64,000 bases of DNA from Phaeosaccion multiseriatum (lineage: Eukaryota > Protista > Ochrophyta, other classes). Below are positions 62,436 through 64,000 of the stretch, in pieces. A model generated the notes under the pieces. That model was not told the DNA's origin. It saw nothing but the letters and a program-made list of their open reading frames with translations, and searched no databases. Where the stretch lies: assembly GCA_965112735.1 (NCBI GenBank), contig OZ218954.1, forward strand, positions 806,001-870,000. The letters run 5' to 3'. The first letter of the stretch is position 1. The number at the start of each line of letters is the position of its first letter. Both the position numbers and the translations under genes were made by a program.

Positions 62436-63748
62436 CTAAGCCATCTCCTCCGTCTCCTCCTCCTCTTCCTCCTCGTCGTCCTCCTCCTCGTCCTCCTCGT
62501 CCTCCCCTTCCTCCTCCTCCTCCTCCTGCCCCTCTCCCTCCGAGGGTGGGTGAGAATGCGACGCAAGCGGGCCCATATCCGCCGGCACCCCAGCCATGAG
62601 GAAATCGTACGCAGTGTCGATGTCCTGCCTACAGTAAGTCAGTAGAGCATCATGCAGGCAGGTACCACACGCAAATAGACACACGAAGCCCCAGACAGCA
62701 CGCACGCACACGCACACACACACGCACACACGCGCCCACGCACGCGCACCATCACGTAGGGTTGGCAACCAAAAGGGCGAGGGACAGGGACCAAGTGTGG
62801 GGAGAAGCGTGTAGTGCTAGTTTCAGTTTTAGTTATGGACCTCGATGGGGAGGCGGGCAGAGCAGAGTAGTTAGGTGGGCGGGTAGCCCCCCGCCAACCG
62901 GCGTTTGCAGCTAGGGAGGAGCCAAAAGTTGGACTGCTAAATGGCAGTGGACGTACTCCCTACCCCAAACACCGTAATGGGATGCTGCCTTCCCCACACA
63001 TGCCCCCACGCACACACCCACTCACGCACCCACGCACCTGCTCATGCTGCGCAGCGTGATGGTTTCCGTATCGAGGTGGTCGAGGTCGTGGTTGGAGTAG
63101 AGAGACCTCACTGGTCCCATTGCAGCCTCCTTCAGCAGCGACTCAATGTCACTCCCAGACCTGAGGGGTGAGAGTGCGGAGGGAGGGAGGGAGGGATGGA
63201 GGGGGGGAGGGAGAAGGGAGGGGGGCAGAGAGGGAGAGGTGGAGGGAGAGAGTCAGAGAGAGAGAGAGGGATAGATAGAAAGAGAGGGAGAGAGTGAAAC
63301 AGTCCAGCAGTGGGCATAGGGCAGTGGGCAGTGTGGGGGGATGAGGACCGCCATCGCGAGTCAGAGCGGCATGTTGTGGTTGCGGCCACGTGCCTGTTGT
63401 GATGTTGCGGTATTTTGGTGGCCCGGCTGGGATGGACCATATTCTCGAACAGTAGCTTCACTCACCATCCTTCCGTTCGATCGGCGATGTCGAAGAAGTC
63501 CTTGGCACACAGTGAGTGCTCCACCTGCCTGCAGAAGTGTCTGGCAAGGAGGCGCCTCTCCGCTCCGTCCGGAGCCTTGACGTAGATGCGAGCGTGAAAC
63601 CGACGCAACAGAGCGCCGTCTACGTCCTCCATTCTATTGGTGGCCGCTACCACAGACACTTGCTCCGGCCAGGAGGAGAGGTCCGTGAGGAGGAGAAGTA
63701 GCTCGGCCAGCAGGCGGCGGCTCTGTGTGTCTTCGCTTGAGTCTCCTC
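62436..63748 (-). CDS. 3' exons of an AAA+ ATPase (spastin/katanin/fidgetin/Vps4 clade-like); 5' part lies beyond the window
   Basis: SRRLLAELL, second region of homology VVAATNRMEDVDGALLRRFHARIYV, TEGWSGSDIESLLKEAAMGPVR, and an acidic C-terminal tail with stop at 62436. Confidence 0.85.
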
Positions 63749-64000
63749 TGGGCGAGGGAGGGAGGGAGAGGGGGGGAGCGGGGCGGGGTGAAGGGAGCGA
63801 AGTGTGAGGCAGGGCGGGAGGGAAGGCGAAAGGGAGAGCGCGAGGGAGGGCCAGGGTCACTAGTGGAGTGGATTGGTGGCGTGAATGCGTGAGTGAGCAA
63901 GGAAAGCAACAGAAGAGCAACGGAAAGATCTGTCACACACTCACGCATGCACGCACGCACCCACGCACACACACACAGACGCGCACACACACAGACGCAC

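Overview
This is eukaryotic nuclear DNA from a photosynthetic heterokont (ochrophyte) alga. The evidence is GT-AG introns packed with microsatellites, ASAFAP-type bipartite plastid presequences and an Lhcf/VCP-type antenna gene; eustigmatophyte affinity is my inference only. About 16 protein-coding genes can be assembled by hand. The standout is 237-18570: two paralogous, intron-rich, plant PLA1/DAD1-like class-3 lipase genes in inverted orientation. They enclose a plastid-targeted lipoxygenase with an intron-free CDS and an unusual SRPBCC + C2 + LOX architecture, which together form a candidate oxylipin gene cluster. The rest of the window holds an ankyrin protein, an uncharacterised helical-repeat protein, FNR, a possibly decaying coiled-coil gene, a cyanobacterial-type ChuX/HutX protein, an LHC, a repeat-motif protein, an FAD oxidoreductase, RPC7, DPH5, MGDG synthase, SPC25, a sugar porter and the 3' end of an AAA ATPase. 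Most genes sit in head-to-head pairs. A ~16-bp motif (GCAGTTGGTGATACAG) is dispersed throughout and occurs in exons in a fixed frame. Exon boundaries are manual and approximate, and no database searches were run.
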